A stretch of DNA of 64,000 nucleotides, from positions 26,040,001-26,104,000 of the forward strand of contig NC_082731.1 of NCBI RefSeq assembly GCF_030144855.1. The letters run 5' to 3'. This document shows positions 11,366-24,899 of the stretch, in pieces. The position numbers and the translations under genes are program-made. The notes beneath the pieces are model-generated. The model was not told the DNA's origin. It ran no database searches and saw nothing but the letters and a program-made list of their open reading frames with translations. Numbering within the stretch: the stretch's first letter is position 1; each line of letters opens with the position of its first letter. Source of the stretch: Hypanus sabinus (taxonomy: Eukaryota).

Positions 11366-13435
11366 AATGAAATGAATTGATTTACTACTTAAATCCTTCA
11401 CATAAATGAGTAGTAAATGTTTATGTTACACCTCGGTTGAAATGTGCAATGTGCATTTATAGTAATAATTAATATTGTTTACAACAGGATAGTAAATATA
11501 AGAACAAGGTAAAATTCATTTCTTTTAATGTAAATGGGCTATTAAATCCAATCAAACGCAACAGAATTTGTTCCAAAATGAAAAAGGAACAAGCTCATGG
11601 AGTATATTTACAGGAAACACATTTAAGTGATAATGAGCATAAAAAACTAAAGAGAATGGGCTTCACTAATCTTTTTTTCTCTTCACATAAATCAGGGCAT
11701 AGGAGAGGAGCTGCTATTCTTATCTCAAGTAAGCTAAATTTTGAGAAAATATTCGAAATGAGAAATAAAGAAGGCAGATATATTCTGGTAAGTGGGAATA
11801 TAGACGGCAATTCAGTTACTCTTGAATATATACGCACCCTCGGGAAGTGATATTGGTTTCTTTCAGAAAATTACTGATATTATGGCAAAGGAAAAAGAAG
11901 GTTTCCTGATATGTGGGGGAGACTTAAATTTACAATTACAACCAAACTTAGACTATTCCAATAGAAAAATCTATGAAACAAAATCTTTACATAAGAAAGT
12001 TAATACGCTTTTTGAGGATGGTGGTTTAATTAATATATGGAGGGACCTTTTCCCTGACAGAAGGGATTACACTCATTATTCTGTTTCACATTCTGTATGT
12101 ACAAGAATAGACTATTTCATTACATTTGGAAAAGACAAAGACAAAATAAACACCTGTGGAATTGGGACAATTGTTGTAAGGAAGATGTGGTAAAATGGAA
12201 CCTGTTTCTTTTTTTCAGTCTCAGTTCAAGTATTGAGTCTATTAAAATGAATATACTACCCAGACTGTTATATCTCTTTCAGACGCTACCAATAGAGATT
12301 AATCAAAATCAATTCAATGAATGGAACAAGATGCTATCAACGTATATTTGGCAGGGTAAAAGGCCTATAGTTCGTCTCAAAACTTTGCAATTAGCAAAGG
12401 GAAAGGCGGGATGAGGCTTGCCTTCTCTTAGAGGTTATTATTTTGCAGCACAGTTCAGAGCTGTGATATGTTGGTGCAACCCATCATATGACGTTCAATG
12501 GAAAAACATTGAGGAGCGGGTACTTCCCATCTCCATACAAACAATTTTGGCTGATTACAACCTACAAAGATACATAAACACAAATGATAACCCATAGGTG
12601 AAATTGACTTTTAAAATATGGAAAAATACTATAAAGGAATATAATCTAGAGGGAGATTTTGCAATTCTTAAATGATGTGCATATGACTGATTTTACACCA
12701 AATAAATTAGATGCTAGCTTTAGGGACTGGACAGCTAAAGGAATAACAGTTCTTTGCAACATAATGAAAGAAGGAACACTGTTCAGTTTTGAAATGCTTA
12801 AATAGAAACACTTATTAGAAAAACAAGATATTTATCGGTATATACAGATGCAACAATATGTTAATAAGACGCTTAAAAATGTAACCAAGGCAAATACATG
12901 CTTGATAGAGCTCTTTAGAAAGGATATAATTCAGATAATTCAGATAATGGTAGCAGAATCATTTCAAGCATGTATAAGGGGTTTCAAATCTTAAAGCACA
13001 TTCGACTTCATACATTGAAACAAAATGAGAGAGGGAAGGAGGGATAATTACATCTGAGGAAGAATGGACAACAATATGGAGATATCAATGGAAGTGTACC
13101 TATTCACAGAAATGGAGAGAGTTTAGATTGAAAAACTTGATGATATTTTATTTCACCCTCTTAGAAATCCCATTATGATATTAACCTCCCTGTTTGCTGG
13201 AGAAATTGTGAAAATCAAAATGCAAATCATTATCCTATTTTTTGGGACTGCCCTGTTATCAAAATCTTTTGGAGGGGGATACACAATGTCCTACAAGACA
13301 TCTTTAAATGTGAAATACCCTTGGAGAGTAAGTCCATATATTTTGGATAAATACATTTGCGTCAGTATAAATGAAGCAGTTTGATGGCCTAGTGGAAGAA
13401 GTTGTCCAGTAGCCTGTTCTTCCTGGCTTTTATGC
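11366..13435 (-). mobile_element. Rex1/L2-type 3' tail fragment abutting the J end (11366-~11502 and ~13351-13435), split by a nested L1. The same tail abuts J at 24305-~24550 and 37975-~38222.
   Basis: (aattg)n-type tail followed by gactttat..cttacatc..gtcagcatgaattaagcagtctgatgg at the same junction in three clusters. Confidence 0.65.
11503..13350 (+). mobile_element. L1-clade LINE ORF2 fragment with an internal deletion (endonuclease joined to post-RT region near 12180)
   Basis: ORFs 11578-11850 and 11822-12193 (YLQETHL, NIYAP, GGDLN, RIDYF = APE endonuclease), then 12097-12414 (IKMNILPRLLYLFQTLP); RT core missing. Confidence 0.88.
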
Positions 13436-16400
13436 ACTGTTTCCATTTGTCCCCAGTCAATGGCTTGGCCTTCATTACATTCATGTTACATCCAACATCT
13501 TGTTCTACTTCCTTGTACATGTTGGCCCATCCTCAGCTATATTACGCTGCCTCCCAGATCCCAAAAGTACAGGTGGGTATCAGCTCCATCGTGTAATATT
13601 GAGCGTGTGGTCTGTCCCAGGATGCATCCATGGTACTGGCGATATCTGAGTATTAAATGATGGATTTAAGATTTTAGTTTTACTCCCTGATGAACGTGCA
13701 GTTCGTATAGGAGGAGGATAAACTTTGGATTTAGGAAGGTAGTGAGTAAGTGGTATAAAAATATTAAGACTGGGAAATGAAGGCACAAGGCCTTCATAAA
13801 TTCCAGGCATCCTTGCATTCGCGGAAGTGGTTTCGGAATACTGTAGATGGTGTGGCTTTCAAGTAATTTATGTGTAATGGGGCTCTATTTTAGGGAACGT
13901 TTATTGATGTACGGTTGTGATCTGTAGTACTGAATCACCGTGATGTCTACTAGTGAGTGTGGAGAAGGAACTGGAGGACATCTGATTTCCTTAATGAGAC
14001 AGAGCAAAGCAGAGGGATCAATTGCTTTATTGGTTTTCATCAGCAAAACGTAACTCATAAACTATCAGATGAATGCCCTCACTCTCTGCTCTGCCATTGA
14101 ATGGAATCAGTATTTATCCTGTAAATCTGGGAAACTTGTCCTCAAAGGAATTCCATCGAGCACCCCAGAGTACACAGGGCATGATTTAAGTGCAAATTAC
14201 AGCTCCTATGTGGTATCCTGGAAGCGACGGATTTGTTCCAAAGGTTCCTCTGCATTACCCATCCACCAAGGTCAGGGGCATTAGAGCATTAACAAAGAGT
14301 GAAACTTCCAACAACCTGTCCCATCACACACTCACGGGACATCAATTGAACTTTGCGGTTCAAAAGATCTGTTTGCTCTCAGCTCACAGACAGAGCAGCC
14401 TCTTGGATTCCATGCCGTCCTACGTCCTGAGTGCGTTCGTTTAACAGGTGCGTTCCACATCAACCAGTGTTACCCACAGGTTCGGCCAGTCGCGTTAGTC
14501 TGGGGGACCACAGCCCCCGGCCCGGCCAACTTGAGAAATCTTGTTTGTGTGAATGCTGCGTGAAAGGATGCCCCGTTGCAAATCAGTACCTCGAAATAAC
14601 AAACATTACACAATATGCAATTAAACGATTGAGCTTTATAACTCCTAATTTGACAATACGTTTAGTAAAGAAAAGAAATTAAAAAAAGCCCATTTTACTG
14701 AAACAGTCTAATGCTTACGTCGAGCTCACTGTATTCCTGTCTGGTCATTTTCCGAGGCTTTTACTCGAGCTTTGTCGCCTCCATTCCAAGTCCACTTGGT
14801 CCTGCAGTCTAAGACGTCCCCGTTCTGGCAACTTAATCCTCCATCTTCTCCGCAACAAAGTCCCACGAATCGTTCGCTCTCGGGCACACAAAAACGAAAA
14901 CCATTTCCCTCACTGGACGCCGCACATTGCACAGTCACTCTCGTCATAACCCAAGCACACTGCTGCTACCGAAAAACTACTATATCCGCAATGAAACTTT
15001 TCCCAGGGCGTGAAACCAGTTTGACTAGTGATTCAGTAGGAGTTGTTGTGAGATACAGTCGTGATATTTTTTGAGCATCTTACACCCTACCCGAGCACTT
15101 CACGGGCCATGACGTAGTTGCAAAATACGGCCCTGTTGCACAGCAGGGAACATGGAACCATTCTGCACACAATAAAATCAATAAAATTTAATGTGATGAC
15201 AAACAAACAGCCTATTCTGGTGATGTTTTCGAAGGAGAAAGATTGTCTCCGACACGATTTATTGAGTGATCCAATGGGGAAGCAGAAGGTCGGCTTCCGG
15301 ATGATGGGAATACGGCAGCGAATCAAATCAGATGACTAGCGCAAAGGGATGGGAGAACAGACCACGAATACCACCACAACAAGTCTGTCAAATTTAAACT
15401 CAGTTCAAAAGTATCTACAACAGATATGGGTTGGTGGTCAGATTTCCAGCATCTTAACAATTTGTTTTTCTTTTTTTGAAGTCTTGTCATTAGCAAGGAG
15501 TTACATTCAGAATCATTGATCTCCTTGAGGAAAGATATCTCTCATCCTTACCCTAAGAGCCTCTTTATGACTCCTGGCCTATCAATGTGTTTTCATCCAA
15601 AGGCTCTCTGAATGGCGACCCAGATGTGTAATTCATTCCGACTTTACCAGCAAAGCCCAGAGAATGCTGATGAGTCACTATAGTTGCCCGGCTATTGTTC
15701 AAGTTACTACTCTATCAAATTAATACTGTACAGACAACAATCAGACCGAATTTCACAGATCCGATTCACCCTCGATTATGTTGTACAAGTACCAAAATAT
15801 TATCTTGTACCAATTTTCTCTTGTGCCGACACAGGCATCTCCAGATCCCCCCTTCAGCGAGCTCCCTGCTGTCAGTTTGATCGGTGTCTTTATAAAGTAC
15901 GCAAGGAACACAGACACATACAAAACGTGCTTACCACCTGTTGGTCACGGGATGCGTGAGATCTTCGGCTGCAAAACTGCTCATCCTGCGTTATTCTCTC
16001 TCCTGCACTACCAACACTGAGCAGCTCAGGGAACATGTAGTTTGAGAAACAGAGCTGCCGTTTCACATTAATGAACTTTCACCAAATCCTGTCAGTCTGA
16101 TTCGTGGCAACTACGCTGTTTCCTGTTTTTTATTGTACTGGATTTATTCCGATGAAACTAACTTATTATTCATTGATTTCTTCAACCCCAAAATATCTCT
16201 GGACCTTCCTCAAATCAGCAATTGCTTCTGCATTGAGTCAGTTACTATGGGGTTCATTTGCATCTATTTTATTTCACTTGTCAGGGTTGTAAGCACTGAG
16301 CAAATTCCCCTCCCCCGGAACGAGAGGATCGGTGTATCGCTCAGCGTAGCCTCTGCACTTTGAACTATATGGCATGAGTAATCCCACCAGGCCTAAGAAC

Positions 16401-17157
16401 ACAGGGCCCTCAGTGTCACTGAGGAATGCAAGCTTCCAAGCTAAATTAAACCTACATCATATATCCCGATATTTCTTGTGTCATTGAGTACAAATATTTG
16501 CAAGTAATATTGCTGCTATATACAATGTTGGGTCGACAACATATTTAATATTGCTAGCAGTTCTCGTCGTCACATTTCAGGAAGGATGCAAGGATCTGGG
16601 TATGGCACAGAAGTGGGTCAATTTTATGTTTTCTTGGGTGCCTTGTATGCTATTTGAGGTGAGTTTAGGCAAACGAGGATTGCATTACCTTGAGCCCTAC
16701 AGCCTGTCGGCCGAGTTGATGAAGTATATAATGCCTTTAATGCCAAGATGGAACGGTGAAATCGTCGGGCACATTGATTAAAGATGAAAGAGTGGATGCT
16801 AAACAAGACACAAAAGGAATTTTTTTAAAAAACATAGACTGAAAACATCTGGAACTGCGACAGCGGTTTCGAAAGGCGATTAGATTGCTAAGTGCTTCTT
16901 CAGAGTGTAATGTCATATGAAGCACACTTCGTCCATTTCTCACTTGTCATGGCTGTTAGTCCTGAGCTGAACCCCAGCCTACGTACCTAGAGGATCGGTC
17001 TATTGCTCTTAGCGCAGCCTTTACAGACTGATCTGTATGGCATAAGTGAACCAACGAAGCGCCAGAGCACAAGGACCTCAGGGTCATTGGGGCATGCAAG
17101 CCTACAAACCCTACAGAGCTTTGTGCCTCTGGTAGGAGTGTGCCCAATAAATCTACG

Positions 17158-17184
<27 letters not shown>
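17158..17184. repeat. (TA)n microsatellite
   Basis: About 13 TA units. Confidence 0.95.
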
Positions 17185-17188
<4 letters not shown>

Positions 17189-19531
17189 TCGTTCATGTAG
17201 TAATATTGTAGCTATATTTTTTTTTGCTGTACCGCATTTTTTGGATTGCGGCCAGTTCTCATCATCACATTTCAGTAATGATGTGAGGTTTCGGAAATGG
17301 CAGAGAGGTGGGTCACTTCCATGTTGTCTGGATTGTCTTGCATGACGTATAAGTGAGTTTAGACGAAATATGATTGCATTAACTTGCACGCTAATGCCGG
17401 TCGTCAATCAGGTGAAATATATAATTTCATAGCATGATAGGCAAAATAATCAGTGTTTTTATGCCATGGTTGAATTGTGAAATCGTTGGCCACACTGATT
17501 TAAGATGAAAATGAGGATACCAACGATGATATACGAGAAAATAAATATAAAATGCGAGGACAGAAAGTACCTGGAACTTCAGCAGAACATATGGATTTGG
17601 ATACGTTTGCAACATCTAAGAGACAATTTAATAGACAATGCTTCCTGCAGGGAATAGGCGGATATGCTACTTAAAACTAACATCATGATTAGCACAGACA
17701 GGTGTGATCTAAACGGGCATTGCCTATACAGCTCTACATTTTATGTACTGAACTACACTAATGTGATACAGTATTAGATTATTAATCTCAAGACGGGCTG
17801 TCTGTGGAATTTAATGCTTGAGCTAATAGCTCTCCCTGGAAGCACAATTTTGTCATAATGCATTCAAAAAAACAGACGTTCGGATTTCAGATGTAAATCT
17901 GGACATGCTCACAAGGTCAGATCGCATCCACGGCAAATAGGAAACGTGAGATAAAGTGTCACTTCAAGGAGCCTCCGTCAGAAGTTGGAACGTAAAAGTG
18001 GAAGTACTGCAGAGCAAACGGTTCGGCGGTGAAGGGTTAAAACGGTCGACAATAGAAATAAGCCTTATAAAGTGATTCTTTCATCATAGTTTGAGAGTAA
18101 ATACACGAACGAATTAACTTAAATAAAATAATCTACTGAAGTCCAAACACAGAGAAGGAAGATATGCCTGGTAGGCTAGGTTTCCCACAATTATTACCAC
18201 CTTAAAAGTACTGACAGAGGGGAATGTAACATAACACCTCAGGCTGAAATAATTCAGCTGGAAAGGATAATCAAAGTATCTTACAGCACAGGAACGGGAA
18301 TTATTGGCCGGTCGAGATGTATATATACAATCATTTCATTTGTAGGTATTTCACCCCATAACTTCTCTGCCTTTGCTATTCACTCACCTTCAGAACTGTC
18401 TTAAAAACAACGTATTGTATCAGCTGCACCACCTTATCCAGAAAGTCTTCGGAAATAACCATTGCCTCGTGTATGGGGTAATCTCACTCGGATATTCTTT
18501 ATTTTCTCACCACAAACTTGTATCCTCTGGTTGAAACCTCGTGTACCGTGCGAAACGGAGTCTGGCTGCATCTGTACTGCTCACAATTTTATAAACTTCT
18601 ACAAGGTTAGATTTCGCATTCCGGCGAAAATAAATCCAGCTTATACAAGCTTTCCATATGATTAAAGTCCTGCATCTCAGGCAACGAGTAAAATCTATTT
18701 TCCATTCCTAGAAAATCCTGATCCACTCACCCATGCAGTCAGTATCTTGGCGTCACTTATAGCTACACACTCATAGTCGATGGCCCATATCCTAACTTCT
18801 AAATGACCCACTGTAAACAGGAACACATTCAAATATCAGCTTCGGGAGACATCCGTTTGCGACCCTACGCGTGCTATTCAACACTGGTCCGAATATGACG
18901 TCAACAGGATAATCCCATATAAACTATGATCTTTTGCAATTTTGACTAGTCTGACCACAGGACTATCACCGTTGATGCCACCCATTTTGACCTGTCGTAT
19001 CCCCCGCTTCACTTTGCTGACCTAGTGAACCTATTGATTCCGGCCTCTAATGAAAGGAAAACAATCACTATTGAATAAGCCTGTTTTCCTTCGGGGACAC
19101 TTAATTTTCCTTATGCGCCGATAATTGATGGTATGTTTAGAAAAGTGCTAACTGACTTAGTGCAACATGAGAAAACATTCGATGCCCGGAGAAATATAAG
19201 TCACCTCGTTCTGCGAACTGACTGCATTTTCCAGAAAGCCCCTGCAAATTATCATAAATTCTAACACCCACATTTCTAAATTACATTAATTAAATAAACG
19301 TCTAGCATTAAAAAAAATGTTTGGCATATTGTTGGAAACCGGATCACACGTCAACTGAAAAATGGCCACCTATACTGTACCCGAAGTCATTAACGAAATC
19401 CTATTGTTGGAGCTGTAAGTTAAAAATATCACGAGCGCGAATGTTCATAGCACTGATCGAAGCAAGCTGGTTACGCCTGTGCTTGCTGGACTTATATATG
19501 AATGATACATCCTATCCACAATATTTGAAGT

Positions 19532-20042
19532 GCAAACACGAGGAAATCTACAGATGATGGAAATTCAAACAACACACACAAAATGCTGGTGGAAAACCGC
19601 AGGCCCGGCAGCATCTATAAGGAGAAGCACTGTCGACGATTCGGGCCGAGACCCTTCATCAGAACAAACTGAAAAGAAAGATAGTAAGAGAGTTGAAAGA
19701 AGTGGGGGGAGCGGAAAATGCGAAATGATAGGAGAAAACAGGAGGGGGTGAGTTGAAGCTAAGAGCTGGAAAGGTGATTGGCGAAAGTGATACAGAGCTG
19801 GAGAAGGGAAAGAATCATAGGCCTCGGCAGAAAGAAAGTGGGAGGGGGAAGCACCAGAGGGAGATGGAGCACAGGCAAACAACTAAATATGTCAGGGATA
19901 GTGTAAGAAGGGGAGGAGGGGCATTAACGGAAGTTAGAAAACTCAATGTTCATGCCCTCAGGTTGGAGGCCACCCACCCGGTATATAAGGTGTTGTTCCT
20001 CCAAACAGAGTTTGGATTCATTTTGACAGGAGAGGAGGTCAC
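19532..20042 (-). mobile_element. Penelope-like element 3' fragment (GIY-YIG C-terminus plus pLTR) with a 10-bp TSD
   Basis: ORF 19924-20205 ends CLEEQHLIYRVGGLQPEGMNIEFSNFR. TSD tatttgaagt at 19522-19531 and 20043-20052; empty site at 47023-47032. Confidence 0.82.
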
Positions 20043-22567
20043 TATTTGAAGTAGTCATTAACCCGTGTTCCCTGTTAATATTAGGCAGGAACGTTTGATG
20101 CAAGGGAAGACCATATCTTAGAAAAGAAAATACGATTTTGAAGAGTGACGAAGGTGTGGGTGGAGTAGTGGATGCTGTCCACATGTCCAACAATAAAATC
20201 GTCAAGATCCCTGGTGGTAAACTGACCTAAAAGTTTAAGGTCCATTGGATACATAGACTCTTGATAGATTGGTTTTAAAATTCCCTTGGCTATGCAAGAC
20301 AGACTGTAGTGATTTACAAGAAATCCGGCAGGTTCTGATTTGCCAGGAACTGCGCTGAAATCATAATTGTTTCTGTAATGCATAAGTCTTTAGATAAACT
20401 TGTAAAGTCGCTAATTAGGTTTGCCGACAGCGGGCAAATTCTGGAACTCTGAATATCGCAGAGGTCTATAAAATTGACACAGGAGCACATCGATAAATTC
20501 GGCAAAGAAATTCGAGATTTTTTTTTAATCGGTACAAGCGTGAGGCATTGCACTTCTGCCGAAAAATGCAAGAGGAAATGCCGCGATAAATAGCAGAAAC
20601 AGAGCCAGTCTTGCAGTGCAGTGTATCTGTTTTTGGCCAAGTTCTCGATTGTGTCCCTGATGTGGTTCAGGATCCTCATTTCTGCCGCTACGGAATCTCC
20701 TAGGTGGAATGATGACAGCTTGGTTAGATATAGTTTATACATTACGAAAACCAGCTTTGCTCTTGATCATGACAGTGTTCAGGGTTTCATTAGTCGGGAC
20801 TGTAGCTTTCTCTCTTATTTCCTTCCTGTAAGTCATGCAATTCCTGCCTAGATAATCAGGAATACTGTCGCACACGGGTACTGATTTCTTATTCTTATTT
20901 CAAAAAATAAATTGTAAAGAGTTCATAACCCTGTACAAGCCACTAGATCTTTGAGGATCAGAGGGTCCTGCCATTTGAGCTCTTTGTCATCGGTAACCCT
21001 GTCAAGAAGAATAGCACGTGTTCTGAAGCCAGCCAACATAGATCTTCGAGTCACTGAAGCAGGCAATCCTCCAAGCCCTACAAAAAGATTGTGGTCTTGT
21101 TAGACGGAAAAATAACGTTCAGCGTTTTTATTACTGCTATGATGGGAATGTTGTGTCAGGTGGACATAAAAGGTTTGAAACTTTCTGCACTGTCTATCCC
21201 AACATTGATCACTCAACCAGCATCACAGAATGTCTAATCTCTGTAGACGCAACTGATTTTGCCAGAGAGGATGCTATTTGTAACTTGCGACCAACCTTCT
21301 TTCAGTGACTACACTAGTTCCACTTCAAAAAGTACTTCATTGTCTCAAGAAAGTGTACTGATTTCTCCAGAAGTCATGAACCTGCTGAATGACTGAAAAT
21401 TAGCTCGGTAAGGGTGAGCAATTATTTGATTAGTAATTGTATCAGAGCGGTTTATATATGAGTGCGGATGCAAGATATGGGACAGGCAGTGCTGCCATCA
21501 CCAGGTTCGGTGAACAAATGATCCACCCTGATGATCTTCAGATTGGATGCCCTCCCCCGTGAGATTCCTTTCAATGTCGACCTATTTACCACTGCTTGCT
21601 TGCTAACCTGCTGGGGTGGGGAAGGGGAGGTCGGGTGTGTAATGTTACCAGCAACAACTGTATTCCCTGCTGTTTGGTTTCGCCACCTGAGCTCCCTGCA
21701 TCAATAGTTCTCTTCCTCCCAACGGCTAAAACAGGTCAAAGAGTTTTCAAACACCGGATGATGGGAGACGTGCCAATGTACTGGGGCTGAAATTCATGTT
21801 GTCAAGTCTCTGATAGAATCATTTCCTATCAGAAAATATTACCTCCATTTACATGTTTAATACTGATTCTCGTGTTATGGGTGCAGATAGAAAACATTAT
21901 AGCAATTGTTATTTTTCTGCTTATTACATTTCCCTGCACAGTCCGGTGTCTCTCGAATGGTGTCCCAAAGGAGGTCATCTCTCAGTTGACTAGTTTGCTC
22001 AATCCCTGTCATTCAGAGCGATATATGTCAATTAAAAAGTGTCTCTCAGACTTTTGTCTCGTGGAGCTTGCCAGTCGCTGTCTCTAGGGGGGCACCAGTC
22101 CATTGACTAGAATCTTTCAGTTCCAGTCTCTCAGGAGATTCTCTGTCCACTGGCTGAAGTCTCAAACTTCCTGTCTCTCAGGGTGATGTCTATACACTGG
22201 CTGTTGTCTGTCAGCCCCTGTTTTTTAGAGGGAAATCTGTCCACTGACTTGTGTTTCTCATTCGTTCTCGCCGGGGTCCTCTGCATTTCATTTCAACACA
22301 AACTGTTTATCACCGAAAATGATGAGTGGGACAAATCTTCAGTCCGGATCTTGTCACAGCCGCTGACCTGTACAGAGACGGATGTATTTTGGAAAATTGA
22401 AATCTCTGTTGGGGGCGGGGACAGGAAATTCTGTCTCTGGTTTCATTCTGTGGGAGTCTTTACAAGCCGAGGCTCCTCCTCTCACTGGCAGTCTCCGTCT
22501 GTATTTGAACAGCGCTCTCGGCCTCTCGCTATAAAACCGGTCTCAACTAAAGCCGATGTTCTCAAAA

Positions 22568-23052
22568 ATGTCCAAGTCGGAATCAGAGTTCAACGCAATC
22601 GGGATCATTCCTTATTTCTGTCTTCTCCTGCTTTGCCTTCCAGGTGTCTGTCACGCAATTTATCATCTACCCGAGGATGGCGGATACTCCGAGGCTTTGT
22701 GAATCTATGTTTGTGGAACATTTTAATTAATTCTGCTCTTCTATATTTTGACAGGCGTGCAGTCCGATATTCTGCTGAAACAACCGGAGTCAGCTGTGGT
22801 AAAGCTTCGACAATCCCACAAATTAACCTGTGCGGTCAGCGGGTTCAGCCTCAGCAGCTATGGCATGCACTGGGTGAAACAAGTCTCCGGGAGAGGGCTG
22901 GAATGGCTGGCCGCTGTATGGGCTAACGGTAACAAGAAGTACGCGCCTGGAGTCGAAGGCCGATTCGAGGTTGCCAAGGACAGCAGCACCGTTTATCTGC
23001 AAATGAACAACCTGAGACTGGACGACACGGCCACCTATTACTGTACGAGAGA
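22568..23052 (+). CDS. IGHV: Ig heavy-chain V gene V2 (IgW-like), ORF-intact: leader 22568-22643, intron 22644-22754, V exon 22755-23052
   Basis: MSKSESEFNAIGIIPYFCLLLLCLP|[99 protein letters not shown]. Confidence 0.95.
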
Positions 23053-23091
23053 CACAGTGAGAGAAATCGGGAGCCGACCGGGACAAAAACA
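23053..23091 (+). other. 23-RSS of V2
   Basis: CACAGTG (23053-23059), 23 nt, ACAAAAACA (23083-23091). Confidence 0.96.
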
Positions 23092-23868
23092 CAGCGAATG
23101 CTCCGACCAGTAAGGCGCAGACGGAAATGTCAGTAGTGAGCTGTCTCCAGATCGTTCTGTGCTGCAACCGCTCGTCCACGCAATGGAAGGCGGATCCTCG
23201 ACGGGAATTCCCGAAAAGAGATGCTGAATGGATGGGCCCAGAATCTCAGACGGCAGCTCGGAGCTCAGTGCCGTCAGCGGGAATGGGCTCACCGAACCGT
23301 CTTTGTCTACACGTTACAATAAATTGTCGGGGTATGCGGAACATTAATGACTAGAGAAACATTCGTGTTCTGGTGCTGTTTGACTGAAAATGAGGTGCTG
23401 AGAGATTGTGACAGGGTCCGAGATTATCGAATGTCGGTGTGTCATATCGGCTATTTCATCGTGTACTAGTTTGTGAGAGGTGGCGGCTCTCAATATCTAC
23501 TGCAACAAAACACATTTAGCTAGGCTCTGCGTTCGCCTCTGCCGGCCTTTACCCTGAGATCCATGCATATAAATCGGTTCCCGACTGCTTAATCGGGAAA
23601 CGGGTTCACTAGACTCAGTTCCACTAGAACTGAGTCCCAATGCGAACGGATCGGCCGAGGAGGAGCTGTCAGCTGACGCCTAGAGAATGGTTCCGGTTGG
23701 TTATATCATATCCACTTCATGAATGAGATGCCGAAATAGAGACCCGCTGTGTGGGACGCCCGAACCCAGAAGGAGTGTTCAATAGATCCCCTGGCCGGCT
23801 CAGCGATCCACTGGATTTCGGGCTAGATAAGATGAAGTACCATTGTTACCTGCAGTAAAGCAGTAAAG

Positions 23869-23910
23869 CTCCGTGATATCCACCACGTGATAAGGAGCTG
23901 AACTGAAACT
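23869..23910 (+). pseudogene. IGHD: Degenerate D2 of cluster 2 (core ATATCCAC)
   Basis: ctccgtg | atatccac | cacgtg (heptamer lacking 1 nt), 12 nt, actgaaact. The 5' spacer is lengthened by an 8-nt tandem duplication (gcagtaaa x2). Confidence 0.65.
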
Positions 23911-24223
23911 GATCTCGAGAACTGGGCGTCTGCATTGCGGTCTCTCTCCACGAGCTCCTCATTGCTGCCTACAAAGAGTCCAATCTCTGAAGAATTACTG
24001 AAAATGCCATGGCAGATGTTTATTTCTGGGCAAGTAAAATCCCAAGTGGCTTCGAGTCTGATTCTCATCTCTGCACACAGGAGAACTGTGAGAATGCCTC
24101 TTTTATTCAGAGGCCAGGAACAGCCAAGCTCGCAATTTCGGATAAAAAACCAGGAAATGGCTGCTACTGGACTGGAATCGTGTTGGCATTTTTTAGAGAA
24201 CAGTGGATGTGACGGGCAAGTGA

Positions 24224-24304
24224 GGTTACTGCATTGGGTGAATGGGGAGACGGAGCAGGGTGAACATCTTGCCTACTAGGAGGGACCTCACTGAAAGAAA
24301 CTTG
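24224..24304 (+). pseudogene. IGHJ: JH pseudogene of cluster 2 with 23-RSS
   Basis: ggttactgc (24224-24232), 23 nt, cagggtg (24256-24262), then CAT CTT GCC TAC TAG GA GGG ACC TCA CTG = HLAY*..GTSL; same stop and 4-nt deletion as cluster 1. Confidence 0.8.
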
Positions 24305-24899
24305 AACTGAACTGAATGAAATTGAAATGACTTTATCACTTACATCATTCATAGACATGCTGAGTAAAAACCTTTACGTTACATCTCCGTTCAAATGTAC
24401 AATCTGCAATTAAAGTAATTTATAATGAATGTTATGTACAACATGATAGACGATACAACAAAGTACAGTTGCGTCAGCATGAATTAAGCAATCTGATGGG
24501 TTGGTGAAAGAAGGACACACGGAGCTTATTTGTCCTGAATTTATGCTATGTCTGCATTTGTCCCCAGTCAATGGCTTGTCCTTCCTTACATTCATATTAC
24601 AGTCATCACCTTTTAAACCTTCTTCTACATGCTGGCCCAAGCTCAGCATTATTTTCCTGCTTCACAATGCCATTCCCAACTCAGCCAGTACTTCTCCAGT
24701 ATGTCAAATTATATGAGGTTCAATTTCATGTTTTACACATGTCAGGGATGTTGGCCTTGAGCTGAACCCCGCCACCGTACCAAGAAGACCGGTGGATCGC
24801 TCAGCGCCGCATTTTGGGTGTTATGAGCAGTTGTCGTCATTTTAGGAAGCAGGTGAGGTTGGCGATATGGTAGAAAGTGTGTTACTTCTATGTTGTACT

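Noticed and set aside
14430-14975. ~550-bp insert specific to unit 1
   Set aside because: Probably a non-autonomous repeat; no termini, TSD or coding motif that I could establish
15100-16400. Multiple 60-100 aa ORFs in the recurrent block (also 29900-31200, 38600-39500, 50800-52000)
   Set aside because: Frames and stops are inconsistent between copies and there is no recognisable domain; treated as duplicated non-coding or decayed repeat DNA
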